The notes: generated by a model from the letters alone, not told the origin. Shown: positions 1 through 9,853, numbered from the stretch's first letter. The stretch is 50,013 nucleotides of DNA from Planctomycetota bacterium (GCA_016872895.1 VGYT01000003.1:1-50013); one strand, 5' to 3'. Numbers and translations are program-made.

Positions 1-282
1 CGGGCCGAGAAGTACCCGTGCTCGAGCGCCGCGGCGCATTGCGGGCGTCGGAAGGACCCGCTTCCGGCCGGGGACCTGGAAACGCGCGGCGTGGTGAGCG
101 ACTGGTCGGCCTGGCTGCGCGTCGCGGACGACAGGGAGGTGCTGAAGGTGCTGCGCATGACGACGCGGACGGGCCGGCCGGCGGGGGATGCGGCGTTCGT
201 CGCGCGGCTGGAGGAACTGAGCGGCCGATTCCTGTCGCCGCGCAAAAGCGGCCGGCCGAGGAAACGGGCAAAACCTGGGTAG
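1..282 (+). mobile_element. C-terminal part of a REP-associated (RAYT / IS200-like Y1) tyrosine transposase; 5' end lies outside the window
   Basis: Frame +1 from base 1 reads RAEKYPCSSAAAHCG...DWSAWL...RTGRPAGD..FV..LE..SGR.LSPRKSGRPRK. This matches the YxWSS and 'TGRPLG..F...LE...GR.L.P.K.GRP' tail typical of these transposases (W appears as C here). A palindromic repeat follows. Confidence 0.7.
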
Positions 283-404
283 CGTCCCCAGGTTTTCCCA
301 GGTTTTCCCAGGTTTTCCGGAGGAACTGAGCGGCCGATTCCTGTCGCCGCGCAAAGGCGGCCGGCCGAGGAAACGGGCAAAACCTGGGTAGCGTCCCCAG
401 GTTT
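210..404. repeat. 86-bp direct duplication of the transposase 3' end plus hairpin (210-295 and 319-404), with three tandem CCAGGTTTTC units (288-317) at the junction
   Basis: The two copies differ at one base (aaaag/aaagg). Each ends in the hairpin AAACCTGGG-tagcgtc-CCCAGGTTT. Confidence 0.9.
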
Positions 405-668
405 CTTGCTCGAGCAGTTGCACGGACGGACCGGCAGTACCGGCCCGTGTCGCCCGTGATGCGGACCGGACGTGGCGCGGCGAATGCCCCGTCTGCGTCT
501 TCCTGAAGTCCTTTCACTCTCGTGACGTAGGGGCACGGCCGGTTTCGGTCCCTCTTGGCACCACGATAGAGGCAACGCCCCGGGCTGACGCCCCCACTCC
601 TCAGTCGCCCTGCTGGTACGTCGCCAGCGCTCGGGCTCCCCCCGCGGTCCTTCCTTCGTCGTAACTTT

Positions 669-715
669 GGCATGGTTCAAAGCCCCCGGCACCGCCGGGG
701 GCTTTGAACCATGCC
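669..715. mobile_element. MITE derivative: two right ends fused head-to-head (perfect 22-bp inverted repeat, 3-nt loop)
   Basis: GGCATGGTTCAAAGCCCCCGGC-acc-GCCGGGGGCTTTGAACCATGCC. The first 33 nt are the reverse complement of the right end of the 48201-48291 element. Flanks are not duplicated. Confidence 0.85.
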
Positions 716-1601
716 GGCCTTCTCATCGCCGGTTGACCCGCATTCGCGGGCCGACTTCTTCGTGCACATCCATGAGCACGACGGCGAGTGGCACGCCGGC
801 CTGTGCGAGGGGTACCTCACGCTTCTGACCCTTCCCCATGATCTCCAGGCGCGGATCGGCAAGTTTCGCTCCGCCTTCGGCAAGGCCAACCAGTTGCACA
901 CGCACAACATGCCCTGGGTGGACCGGCCCAACGTCATCACCAACTTCTTCGGCGAGGAAGGCCTGAACGAGGAAGGAGCGGAACTCTCGTGGCTCATCCC
1001 GAACCCGTGGAAGAAGTACATCGAGTGGACGCTCAACGTCCAGAACAACGAGAACCCGCAGAGTTTCGCCGGCGGGGAGTCCGACGACGTCATGTTCGTC
1101 AATCACCTGAAGTACTTTGAGAACCTCTCCGAGGCATCGACGCTGGAACTCGGAGCAAGTCACGCCACCGGCCCGAACGACGCCGGCCACGGCGGCAGCC
1201 GCACCCACGTCGGGGGCCTCGACATCACCTACAAGTGGCGGCCGCCGCGAGAAGGGCTCTACAAGTCGCTCACGTGGCAGACGGAAGCCCTCTTCTGCCG
1301 GAAGGACCAGCCGGACGGCTCGGCCGAGAACTCCTGGGGCGCCTACTCGTCGCTCGAGTACCAGTTCGCCCGCCAGTGGAGCGCCTTTACGCGCTGGGAC
1401 TACTCCCAGTTCCCCGACGACGCCGGCTCGCACGAGCACGCCGGCAGCGTCGGCCTGACGTACGCCCAGAGCGAATACTGCTTCTGGCGGCTTTCGTACA
1501 AGTTCACCGACGCCTCCGGCCCCCTGGCCGCGAGAGACCGAAGCGAGGTCTGGCTTCAGTTGAACATCGGGCTCGGCCCGCACCGGGCACACAAATACTA
1601 A
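711..1601 (+). pseudogene. Outer-membrane beta-barrel protein of Zn-uptake loci, 5'-truncated (no signal peptide; ATG lies inside the MITE terminal repeat)
   Basis: Motifs AFSSPVDP..RADFF, GKFRSAFGK.NQLHTH, C-terminal GPHRAHKY and alternating aromatic beta-strands. It lies directly upstream of a metal ABC operon and begins mid-domain. Confidence 0.65.
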
Positions 1602-1628
1602 CCTACATCTGAGCGAAAGGAACATACC

Positions 1629-2693
1629 ATGAATCGCACCGCAATAGCCGTCATGGGCGCGGCAGCCTGGGCGGCCACGGCACTCCCGGCATCGCCATGT
1701 AACGCGCCGTCGGGCCCGCTGGCGGTGGTTACAACGACCACGGACCTGAAGTCCCTCGTGGAAGCCGTCGGCGGCGACCGCGTCCGCGCCACGAGCATCG
1801 CGTGCGGCTACGAGGACCCGCACTTCGTCCAGGCCAAGCCCAGTTACATGATGACCGCCCGGGAGGCGGACCTGTGGGTCCGCATCGGCATGGAACTGGA
1901 GATCGGCTGGGAGGAACTCCTGCTGGACGGGTCCCGGAACCCGCGCATTCGCATCAGCACCCCGGGCCACCTGGACGCCTCCGAGGGCGTCCTGCGCCTG
2001 GAGGCGCCCTCCGTGCGGGTCACGCGCGAGTTGGGCGACATCCATCCCCTCGGCAACCCGCACTATTGGCTCGACCCGCTGAACGGGCGCATCGTCGCCA
2101 AGGCCATCGCCGACAGGCTCGCGCAACTCAGGGCCCCCGACGCCGACACGTTCAGAAAGAACCTGGCGGCGTTCACAGCGGCCCTGGACACCCGCATGTT
2201 CGGCCCGGAACTGGTCCGCACTGCCGGCGGCGACAGCCTGTGGGCGATGGCCGTCAAGGGCAACCTCGGGGATTTTCTCAACCAGCACAACCTGACCGGC
2301 AAACTGGGCGGCTGGGCCGGCCGTATGCGACCGTGGCGCGGCACGCGGATCGTAACGTATCACCGCAGTTGGTCTTACTTGGCTAACCGCTTCGGCCTGA
2401 CCGTGGCGGCGGAGTTGGAGCCCAAGCCCGGCGTTCCGCCCAGCCCGGCGCACTTGGCCACCGTCGTGGAGCGCATGAAGGCCGACGGAATCAAGGTTGT
2501 TCTGATGGAGCCCTTCTACAGCCGCAAGAGCGCCGACTTCGTGGCGGCCAAGACAGGAGCAACCGTCCTGGTCTGCCCAAACTCCGTCGGCGGCGAGAAG
2601 GAAGCGGCCGACTACCTGGCCCTCATCGACCTGATCGTGGACCGGCTGGACCAGGCGCTCCGCGGCCAGGCCCCGGCCCAGGGAAAGGGGTGA
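1629..2693 (+). CDS. znuA: Zn/Mn ABC transporter substrate-binding protein (ZnuA/TroA family)
   Basis: Signal peptide, EDPH, GDIHPLGNPHYWLDP, TYHRSWSY; RBS AAGGA upstream. Confidence 0.85.
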   Translation: MNRTAIAVMGAAAWAATALPASPCNAPSGPLAVVTTTTDLKSLVEAVGGDRVRATSIACGYEDPHFVQAKPSYMMTAREADLWVRIGMELEIGWEELLLDGSRNPRIRISTPGHLDASEGVLRLEAPSVRVTRELGDIHPLGNPHYWLDPLNGRIVAKAIADRLAQLRAPDADTFRKNLAAFTAALDTRMFGPELVRTAGGDSLWAMAVKGNLGDFLNQHNLTGKLGGWAGRMRPWRGTRIVTYHRSWSYLANRFGLTVAAELEPKPGVPPSPAHLATVVERMKADGIKVVLMEPFYSRKSADFVAAKTGATVLVCPNSVGGEKEAADYLALIDLIVDRLDQALRGQAPAQGKG

Positions 2694-3445
2694 GGCCCAT
2701 GCCCGTGGCGGCACTTCGCGCCGAACCGATCATCGTGTGCGAGCATGTCAGCGTCGCCTACGGTCTCCAAGAGGTCCTGCACGACGTATCGCTGGAGATT
2801 CCTGGCGGCGCCTTCGTGCCTTTCATCGGCCCTAACGGTGCGGGCAAGACCACCCTTCTGCGGGCCATCCTGGGGTTGCTGAAGCCGCGGCGGGGCCGCA
2901 TCCTGGCCCCCTTTGGCCGCGCCCCGCCCGGCTATGTCCCGCAGCAGAAGTCCATCGACCCGCTGTACCCGGTCTCGCTGCGCCAGATCGTGGTGATGGG
3001 GCTGTACCCCCAGTTGGGCTGGTGGCGGCGCCCCGCCGGGAAGCAGCGGGCCGCCGTGGAAGCGGCGCTGGAGCGGCTGGGCCTCGCCGACCATGCGTAC
3101 AAGCGGTATTCGGAACTCTCCGGCGGCATGAAGCAAAAGGTTCTTGTCGCCCGAGCGCTGGTAAACGGTCCGGAGGTGATCGTCATGGACGAGCCGACAA
3201 GCGAGTTGGACCAGGCGTCGGAACGAGACGTCCTTTCGCACCTCTTGCGCCTCAGCCGCGAGGATGGCAAGACGGTCCTCCTTGCACATCACGGTCTCGA
3301 TGCCATCGCCGGGACGGCCGACAGGATATGCCTGGTGGACCGCGGCCGGGTACGTGTGACCAGCGCGAAGGATTTGGCCTGCCCAGGCGCTCGCCCCCGG
3401 AGCGGAGAACCATCGGGGCGGGCGGCCGGAGGGAACAAACCATGA
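2690..3445 (+). CDS. znuC: Metal ABC transporter ATP-binding protein
   Basis: Walker A GPNGAGKT, GYVPQ, signature LSGGMKQ, Walker B IVMDEP; GTGA overlap with the znuA stop. Confidence 0.9.
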   Translation: MRPMPVAALRAEPIIVCEHVSVAYGLQEVLHDVSLEIPGGAFVPFIGPNGAGKTTLLRAILGLLKPRRGRILAPFGRAPPGYVPQQKSIDPLYPVSLRQIVVMGLYPQLGWWRRPAGKQRAAVEAALERLGLADHAYKRYSELSGGMKQKVLVARALVNGPEVIVMDEPTSELDQASERDVLSHLLRLSREDGKTVLLAHHGLDAIAGTADRICLVDRGRVRVTSAKDLACPGARPRSGEPSGRAAGGNKP

Positions 3446-4311
3446 TCGAGAACCTGCGAACGCTCGTCGAGATGTTTCCGCAGGCCATCCTGGGCGGCCT
3501 GCTCATTGCCTGCGTGTGCGCCCTGCTGGGCGTCTTTGTTATCCTGAAGCGCGTTGTCTTCATCGGCATTGCGCTATCGGAGGTGGCGGCGTGCGGCGTC
3601 GCGGCGGCCTTGCTGCTCGGGGTTCATCCCGTTCTCGGTGCCAGTATCCTGACGCTCAGCACCGTGGCGCTGCTGGCGTATCCGTTCGAACAGGAGCGGA
3701 TTCCCCGCGACGCCATCCTGGGGGTTGTTTTTGTCCTGGCGGCGGCCTTGAGCATCCTCCTGGTTGCTAAGAGCGGCTTCGGCCTTCAGGACGTCAAGGC
3801 CCTTCTGTACGGCGACCTCATCCTGACGAGCGACGGCGACCTGGCTGTTCTGGCCGCCACGCTCTTGCCCCCGCTGGCCTACGTGCTTCTCTTTCTGCGG
3901 CCGACGCTCTATACTTTCCTGGACCGTGACGCGGCCAAGGTCTTGGGGATTCGCGCGGCGTTGTGGGAGTTGCTCTACTTCCTCGCGCTGGGGCTGGCGG
4001 TGTCGGCCGCCTCGAAGATCGCCGGGGCGCTTCTGGTCTTCTGCTACCTTGTGGTGGCGCCTGCGGCAGCGCTGCTCCTCGCGAAACGGCTCGGCTTGTG
4101 TCTGCTGGCAGCCGCGGGCATCGCCGCCCTGTGCACTGTGGCGGGGCTTTACTTATCGGTGAGCCGCGACCTCCCCACGAACCAGACGATTGCCGTGGTG
4201 AGTTGCGGTTGTTTCGGCATCGCTCTGGCGTGGCACGGCCTGCGCCGACTTCTCTTCGGGCGCCGCGGGTTTCGCATCGTGGACGGAGGGAGTGCGACGG
4301 GTCGTGGCTGA
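3442..4311 (+). CDS. znuB: Metal ABC transporter permease (ZnuB/ABC-3 family)
   Basis: ATGA overlap at 3442-3445; hydrophobic; LGVFVILKRVVFIGIALSE, LLYGDLI, GALLVFCYLVVAP. Confidence 0.85.
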   Translation: MIENLRTLVEMFPQAILGGLLIACVCALLGVFVILKRVVFIGIALSEVAACGVAAALLLGVHPVLGASILTLSTVALLAYPFEQERIPRDAILGVVFVLAAALSILLVAKSGFGLQDVKALLYGDLILTSDGDLAVLAATLLPPLAYVLLFLRPTLYTFLDRDAAKVLGIRAALWELLYFLALGLAVSAASKIAGALLVFCYLVVAPAAALLLAKRLGLCLLAAAGIAALCTVAGLYLSVSRDLPTNQTIAVVSCGCFGIALAWHGLRRLLFGRRGFRIVDGGSATGRG

Positions 4312-4410
4312 TGTGCGACATGGAGGGCGGTCCGGCTCGACCTGGCTCAAGACCCTGTTTTCGGGAATCGCTATCATGTGATGGTCGCGGGCAGACGGCA
4401 GGAGACGTGA

Positions 4411-4570
4411 ATGATACGCAAGAACCGTCCCGCCGACGTGGCGCCCAAGGCCACCGAGGCCATACTCGAAAGCATCTCCGACGGCGTGTTCACGGTGGAC
4501 CACGAGTGGCGGATCACGTCGTTCAACCGGGCCGCCGAGGAAATCACCGGCGTGCCGCGCGGAGAAGCCG
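4411..4570 (+). pseudogene. N-terminal PAS-domain fragment of an OrpR-like sigma54-dependent activator, truncated
   Basis: TEAILESISDGVFTVDHEWRITSFNRAAEEITGVPRGEAV is a typical PAS start. Similarity stops where the opposite-strand IS91 fragment begins. Confidence 0.7.
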
Positions 4571-4704
4571 TAGCGGGCCGCAAACCGCTCGTCGTAGACC
4601 TGCTGGAAGGTCTCGAAATGCTGATCCAGCAGCCGCCACGGGTCGGAGGCCTGCGGATCGCGAGGGCGGTACAGCGGCAGAGGCTCGACGCACGCGACAG
4701 CCAT
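4562..4704 (-). mobile_element. N-terminal fragment of an IS91-family transposase (zinc-binding-domain type)
   Basis: MAVACVEPLPLYRPRDPQASDPWRLLDQHFETFQQVYDERFAARYGF matches the YRPR.P..S...RLL..HF..F...YDERF...YGF N-terminus; truncated after YGF. Confidence 0.7.
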
Positions 4705-4811
4705 GATAGGGAAGGCACGCGGCCAGAGATGGTATACACACCATCACTGGAACGCATGTACACTTCCCGTCAAGCAGACGCCCGCCCCCCGCGCCAGAAC
4801 TGCTCAAGGGG

Positions 4812-5266
4812 CGCCACATCCTTGGCGTCGCGGTCGCGCCAAGCCGTCACCCAGCAGACCTCCTTACCTCCCAGGCCTTCCGGGTCGTCCTTTTCCGGGT
4901 CAACGATGATGCGCAACTGCAGGCGTCGCCTTGGAATCCGTGATCACCAGCTATCGATCCGGCGTGGTTCAGCGGCGTATCGTCAGCAAAGCGGGCCAGC
5001 ACGTAGAGGTTGTCGGCGTCGTACATGGCGTGGATCCAGACCGCGATCTTGTCGCGGAGATTCTCCACGTCGCCGCAGACGAACACGCCGCCGGAGAGGT
5101 CCCAGTCGGCGGCCTTCCCGTCAATGACCATCTTGCCCGGCGTGGGCAGGATACGGATGTTGAGGTTCTCGGTCTCGGTGGCCTGCGCTTGCGCGCAGAA
5201 AGCCATTATGAACGCGGTCGCCAGTGTGGTGAGATGGCGGTAGGTGCTTGATGGGTTAGATGTCAT
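4812..5266 (-). pseudogene. N-terminus of a large secreted PVC-type protein (CBM9-like sugar-binding domain), frameshifted and truncated
   Basis: RBS AAGGAG plus ATG at 5266; signal peptide; IDGKAADWDLSGG and HAMYDADNLYVLARF. A 1-nt loss near 4923 hides the continuation [C]LQLRIIVD...CWVTAWRDRDAKDV, which ends near 4812. Confidence 0.65.
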
Positions 5267-5320
5267 GTTCCGAGCTCCTTCTTTTGGTCTACTTTGTTTA
5301 CGCATCCAGATCGACGCCTA

Positions 5321-8300
5321 CTAAGGCGTCTCGACCCCGTAGCGTTTGAGCATCAGCCGGGCGGTGCTGGCGTCGGCGGTATTCGGATATTTTGTCAGCA
5401 AAACACCTGCGGCCTTGCGCATGGCCGCCAGCGGCTCGGCATTGATCTGGTGGAAATCCTCCGCAAATTTCCCCAAAGCCGGGCGTTTCTGCAGCTGCAT
5501 CTCGGCAAACCACATTTGTTTGAGCTGTTCGCGCGCGCTGGCCCGGGTCATGAGATCGGGATCTTTCAGTCGTTGAGCAGCCTGCTGCGCAAACTTCGTA
5601 TCTGCGAATGTGGCGTAGGCGGCAGCGGCGGCGCTGGCATCGGTTGCCTCCAGCCGCTGCGCCTGCTCGAAACGTTCCTGCAGCGTCATGCCCTGCGGCT
5701 CCAGCGGCTCGGACCACCGGGGCAGCCTGCCCGTCATGCAGAACTCCTGGACCTTGCGGGCGTATCCTTCGGTCGGATACCAGGAGGCCAGCCCCTTGTC
5801 CCCCGGATAATCGGCAAAAGGCGCAATCTCAAGTTTCCGTTTGACATCAGTCGGCTGTTCCCAGTCCCCCTTAACATCCCGCGAAGGTCTGACTCGGACA
5901 CCGTCAATGGTTTGCCCCAGCCAGCCCTGCGGTTCCTTCAACTGGACCAGGGGTACCGGCCCCTTCCTCGGGTCGGCGTCGGCAGGCACCCTCACATTGA
6001 AAGCGACCTTCATGAATGCCATCATCATCTCATACGAACCGGGTTTTTTCTCCCCATGCCCGGCGTCCGGTTCAACAATCATGTGCATCAGTGTGCGATG
6101 CTGGTGACGCAGCCGGCGCACGGTAAAAAGCTGACCGCTGAAATAGTCGCCATCGTGCTCGCCGGAAATCACCATTCCTGGAATGGTGTATGCCGGCGGA
6201 AGAGAAATATATCCAAAGCCACCGGCCGACCTGAACGCAATCCATCCGATGGTACGTTCCGGCTCACCAACGGTAAACCCGGCGGAAAACCTAGTGGCGT
6301 TCGAGTGACCGAATGTGAAAATGGGCGCATGGGCGACCTCGGGATGACCGCAGGTCGCCGCCAGGTCCTTCAATGCGTCCAGGAGGACGCTGGTGGGGAC
6401 GTCCTCATCACCAGGATAACCGTAATATTTGTCAAAGCCCACAATCCCGCAGCCCAGTTCGGCGGCCAGCGCCCGCATGTCGGGATACTCGGCAAAATCC
6501 CGACCGCAGCCATGGAAGACAAAGGCGAACAGCCCGCGAATAACAGGCGCATTTTTCGCCTTCCACAGGTGAAAATGCTTGTCCTTGCTGGAATACGGCC
6601 ACAGCGCGGCGTCAACCTCCACCGTATATTCAGGCCTGGTTTTGATCTCAGGCTGCGTCGTGGCGGCCGCGGCCGACGCAGGGCGAGATGCGGGCGAGGC
6701 CCTGGCGGCTTTCGGCTGGCCGGCCGGTACGGCGTCCTTGGCGCAGGACGGCAGGGGTTCCTCGGGGAACCATCGGCTCTCGCGGCGTTTGGCGTCGACG
6801 GCTGTCACGAAGTAGACCTGCCCGGCCTTGCCGGATGCGTCGGTGTAGCTCGTGCCTTCCACCAGCGTACCGGGCGGCTGCACGTAGGGCGAGTTGAGCA
6901 GGATCCAGGGGCCGCCCATCTGGTTGGCTCGATAGACCCGATAGCCGGCGATGCTCTCGCCAGCGGCGGCCTGCCAGCGGATGGTGTTGCCGCTATCGCC
7001 CTTGTCCACGCGGACGCCGTCGGGCAGCGCCGGGGCGGGTTCGGGCGCGTATTGACGCAGCCCCTTGTTCAGGGCCCACACGGATGTGACCAGTGCAGCG
7101 GAGTCGAAGGCTTTGTATGGGTTTCCCTGATTCAACACGTGACGGGCGAAGTAGTGCGCCTCCGTTAGACCGATCTGTCCGCCATCCCTGGCGTGCGCCA
7201 GGAGGCCCAGAAACGGCTCGGACTGCCAGCGCTCCCAACGGTGGTCGTGGCCCTGGATGCGGAACAGGTTTGCTCGCGGCGAGGTCAGATTGCCTCGCGC
7301 GGGGCTCTCGGGGTCGCGATGGTACAGATCGGCGTTGACGTCGATGCAGTCGTAGTAGCGGCCGTAGACCGCCGGGTGCAGCCAGAGGTCATCGTTCGCG
7401 CAGATCTCGGCCGCCCGAAGGCGGATGTCGCTGTTGCCCATGTAGAGCACGTCGCTGTTGCCGCCCCCGCCATAGATGTTTCCAGTGTACGCCCGCTGCC
7501 CGTGACCGTAGATGTCCAGCATGCCCGGCGAGCGGGCCAGGTCGCGGCAATACTGGACCAGATCCCAGTCCTGTGCCTTCTTGGCGGCGGCCAGACCGAC
7601 CAGGGTCGTGCCGACCTGCATGTTGGCCGCCGAGTAGAAGCAGTCGATGTAGGGGAAGGCCTGGGGGTTGACGCGGCCGTTGAACTCGCGTTCCGCACGG
7701 GCCAAGGTCAGACAAAGTTGGTCCAGGCGCGGGTGGGGGCCGGCAAACGTGGCGATCGCCGGGATGCCGTAGTATTGATAGGAGATCTGGTAGGGATCGA
7801 GTACGCCCGAGGCCGAGTTTTTTTCGTGCTCCAGCAGGGGGCGGCCCAGCCTGGCCAGTCGTGCGGCCATCGTCTTGCGAGCCGAGGCCACCCAGGTCTC
7901 AACGACCAGGTCCTGCTGCCGCGGTTGCGTCTCCAGCAAACGGGCGAGGTCGTCCGTCCGTCCGGCGGCGTAGAGCATCGCCGCCTTACCGGCCCAGCCC
8001 CAGTCATTGTGCGTCAGTGCAACCAACTCGTCGGTGAACATCTCGGTGGTCAGCCCGGGCTCGTCGACGATGGCAGTCGGCGGCTGGAAGCACCGGCGAC
8101 CGAGCTTCCACAGACCCTCGTCATCGGTGGTGGAGGTAAAGACCAGGCGCACCTGGCCCCAGAAGGCCCGCAGCGTCTGGCTTTTGGCGTCGGTCGTGCG
8201 ATGGAAGTTGTCCGTGCCCAGCAGCGCGAAGTTCCCATCCGCTCCGGCCACGATGCCCTTCACGCCGGTCTGCAGCAGGGGAACCGGAAACAGGGCCAGG

Positions 8301-9364
8301 CCGGCTTTGCGGTTGACCAGGGCGTCGTTGGACATGCCATGACTCGACCGCGTCAGGCGGCGCAGACCCGCGGGGATCTTCACGATCTGCTGGTCGGCGG
8401 GGCTTTGGCCGAGGATCAGTCTGCCGGTCAGGAGGTCGTTGTCGGCCGCCCCGACGGTTTCGATGCCCTGCGGATCGCCCGGGAACAGCCGCTGCGACTG
8501 GATGAGTTCGGCGCCGTTACGGGGCAGCAGGTAGGTGAACTCGACGTTGTCGTCGATGCCCTTGGGACCGACGCGGACCACGAGTTTCGCCAGCAGGGGT
8601 CCGCTTCCGTATCGCAGGTCGCGGACCTCCCAGTTGCCGCCGGGCCCGGGGGCGACATCGGTCGATCGAACGAGCTCGATGGGCTTGCCGGGCGTCTCCT
8701 TCTGCCGCAGGAGCTTGAGCCGCGGTGCCAGCAGTCCGTCGGGAATCGAAACGGTCCCCAACGGCGTTGCAATGGCGGCGATGGCACCGGCCTTGTCGCC
8801 GCCGGTCCAGAACGTCACAGCCAGGTCGTCGCCGGCAAGCGTCACCTGGTCGCCCTTGCTCGTCACGGCAAGATCGCTCATGCCAGCCGACGCGTTCGTC
8901 CCTCGGATCAGGCAGAACTGCTTTCGCTGCCAGGGATCGAGGTCCGTCTGGAAGTACAGGTGCATGCGGGCGACGCGCCCGGAGGCGTCGCGGCGGATGT
9001 CGTCGGCCTGATAGGGAATGGGGCGCAGCCTCTTGCCGTCGGCGGCGTCGTAGATCGCGAAGCTGTTGGGGTCCGTGCATTCGCCGTCGTGCAGGAACAG
9101 GGGCACGCGGACCAGTTCATTCTTCCGGGCCTCGCCCACGCGTTCCTCGACGGTAAGGATGCGCAGCGGGCGGTCGCGGTCGCCGCTGCGAACTCCCGCC
9201 CGGATGCGCCAGTAGGCTTCGGCTGGGGAACCGTCGAATACGCTCCGCGGCTCGGCCGCCGTCTTGGGGTCGGGTGCCGGCTCGGCGGCGAACGCGGCGC
9301 AGCCGGCCACGAATAGGGCCGCCGTGCATAAGGCCATCCTTCGAGATGTGTTCACACTGTTCAT
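5321..9364 (-). CDS. Large secreted multidomain protein (1347 aa): putative glycan-active N-terminal region, FN3-like domain, Ala/Pro linker, C-terminal alpha/beta-hydrolase domain
   Basis: RBS AAGGAG before ATG 9364; signal peptide; IRWQAA...IAGYRVYRA...TSYTD (FN3-like); IFTFGHSNA nucleophile elbow, SGEHD and AGH (possible Ser-Asp-His triad). Confidence 0.7.
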   Translation of the reverse strand: MNSVNTSRRMALCTAALFVAGCAAFAAEPAPDPKTAAEPRSVFDGSPAEAYWRIRAGVRSGDRDRPLRILTVEERVGEARKNELVRVPLFLHDGECTDPNSFAIYDAADGKRLRPIPYQADDIRRDASGRVARMHLYFQTDLDPWQRKQFCLIRGTNASAGMSDLAVTSKGDQVTLAGDDLAVTFWTGGDKAGAIAAIATPLGTVSIPDGLLAPRLKLLRQKETPGKPIELVRSTDVAPGPGGNWEVRDLRYGSGPLLAKLVVRVGPKGIDDNVEFTYLLPRNGAELIQSQRLFPGDPQGIETVGAADNDLLTGRLILGQSPADQQIVKIPAGLRRLTRSSHGMSNDALVNRKAGLALFPVPLLQTGVKGIVAGADGNFALLGTDNFHRTTDAKSQTLRAFWGQVRLVFTSTTDDEGLWKLGRRCFQPPTAIVDEPGLTTEMFTDELVALTHNDWGWAGKAAMLYAAGRTDDLARLLETQPRQQDLVVETWVASARKTMAARLARLGRPLLEHEKNSASGVLDPYQISYQYYGIPAIATFAGPHPRLDQLCLTLARAEREFNGRVNPQAFPYIDCFYSAANMQVGTTLVGLAAAKKAQDWDLVQYCRDLARSPGMLDIYGHGQRAYTGNIYGGGGNSDVLYMGNSDIRLRAAEICANDDLWLHPAVYGRYYDCIDVNADLYHRDPESPARGNLTSPRANLFRIQGHDHRWERWQSEPFLGLLAHARDGGQIGLTEAHYFARHVLNQGNPYKAFDSAALVTSVWALNKGLRQYAPEPAPALPDGVRVDKGDSGNTIRWQAAAGESIAGYRVYRANQMGGPWILLNSPYVQPPGTLVEGTSYTDASGKAGQVYFVTAVDAKRRESRWFPEEPLPSCAKDAVPAGQPKAARASPASRPASAAAATTQPEIKTRPEYTVEVDAALWPYSSKDKHFHLWKAKNAPVIRGLFAFVFHGCGRDFAEYPDMRALAAELGCGIVGFDKYYGYPGDEDVPTSVLLDALKDLAATCGHPEVAHAPIFTFGHSNATRFSAGFTVGEPERTIGWIAFRSAGGFGYISLPPAYTIPGMVISGEHDGDYFSGQLFTVRRLRHQHRTLMHMIVEPDAGHGEKKPGSYEMMMAFMKVAFNVRVPADADPRKGPVPLVQLKEPQGWLGQTIDGVRVRPSRDVKGDWEQPTDVKRKLEIAPFADYPGDKGLASWYPTEGYARKVQEFCMTGRLPRWSEPLEPQGMTLQERFEQAQRLEATDASAAAAAYATFADTKFAQQAAQRLKDPDLMTRASAREQLKQMWFAEMQLQKRPALGKFAEDFHQINAEPLAAMRKAAGVLLTKYPNTADASTARLMLKRYGVETP

Positions 9365-9594
9365 GGATTTCTCCTTCGTTATTCGGCCCGCAACCGGTGC
9401 GGACCTGGGTTTCGTGAGTAGCTGATAGGCTCGTAGCCGTTCAACCCCTGGCGCGCGCCAAGGAGTCAAGTCGAACGGTACGACCACAATCATGATCTGC
9501 CCCTGCGGAAAAGTAAATCACCCAGCGAGAATCTCCAAGTTGGTGATGAAGCTACTCGGGATGGGTGCTAGCTATATCATTGAGGGGGATGTCG

Positions 9595-9853
9595 CTATCC
9601 GTCCGGCACGGGAATCACGCGGTCCAGCAACGACGGGCGGCCGTCATCGGAAAGCCCGCGCCCGGTCAGCCCGAGTTTCTCCGCCCAGCGGGCGAAACAA
9701 CTGCGGCCGGTCACGGCCCAACGCTGGATTTCCTCGATCACGCTCGATAGCGTAAAGCTGGAAAGGTGTTGACGGAGCGACTCCAAAACGCTCACGATGA
9801 CCGTCTGACGCCGTGCGCCTGCCGCTGTCTTGTTGGTGCGGCCCGTGTCCCGG
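9595..9853 (-). mobile_element. C-terminal fragment of an IS66-family transposase
   Basis: ARDTGRTNKTAAGARRQTVIVSVLESLRQ resembles the IS66 TnpC C-terminal 'R...G..S..GA.....L.SV..T' motif. Its 5' part is replaced by the MITE copy. Confidence 0.6.

Noticed and set aside
405-668. ncRNA or gene in the gap between the transposase end and the MITE hairpin
   Set aside because: No recognisable RNA family motif or convincing ORF on either strand.
723-2714. Long opposite-strand ORFs (e.g. 723-2714, 7193-9316, 12119-13909, 38843-40693, 48304-49857)
   Set aside because: Antisense shadows of well-supported genes, expected at high GC; no recognisable motifs.
4411-5127. Intact 238-aa PAS protein
   Set aside because: Only the first ~53 codons are PAS-like; the rest is read-through over IS91 and pseudogene sequence.
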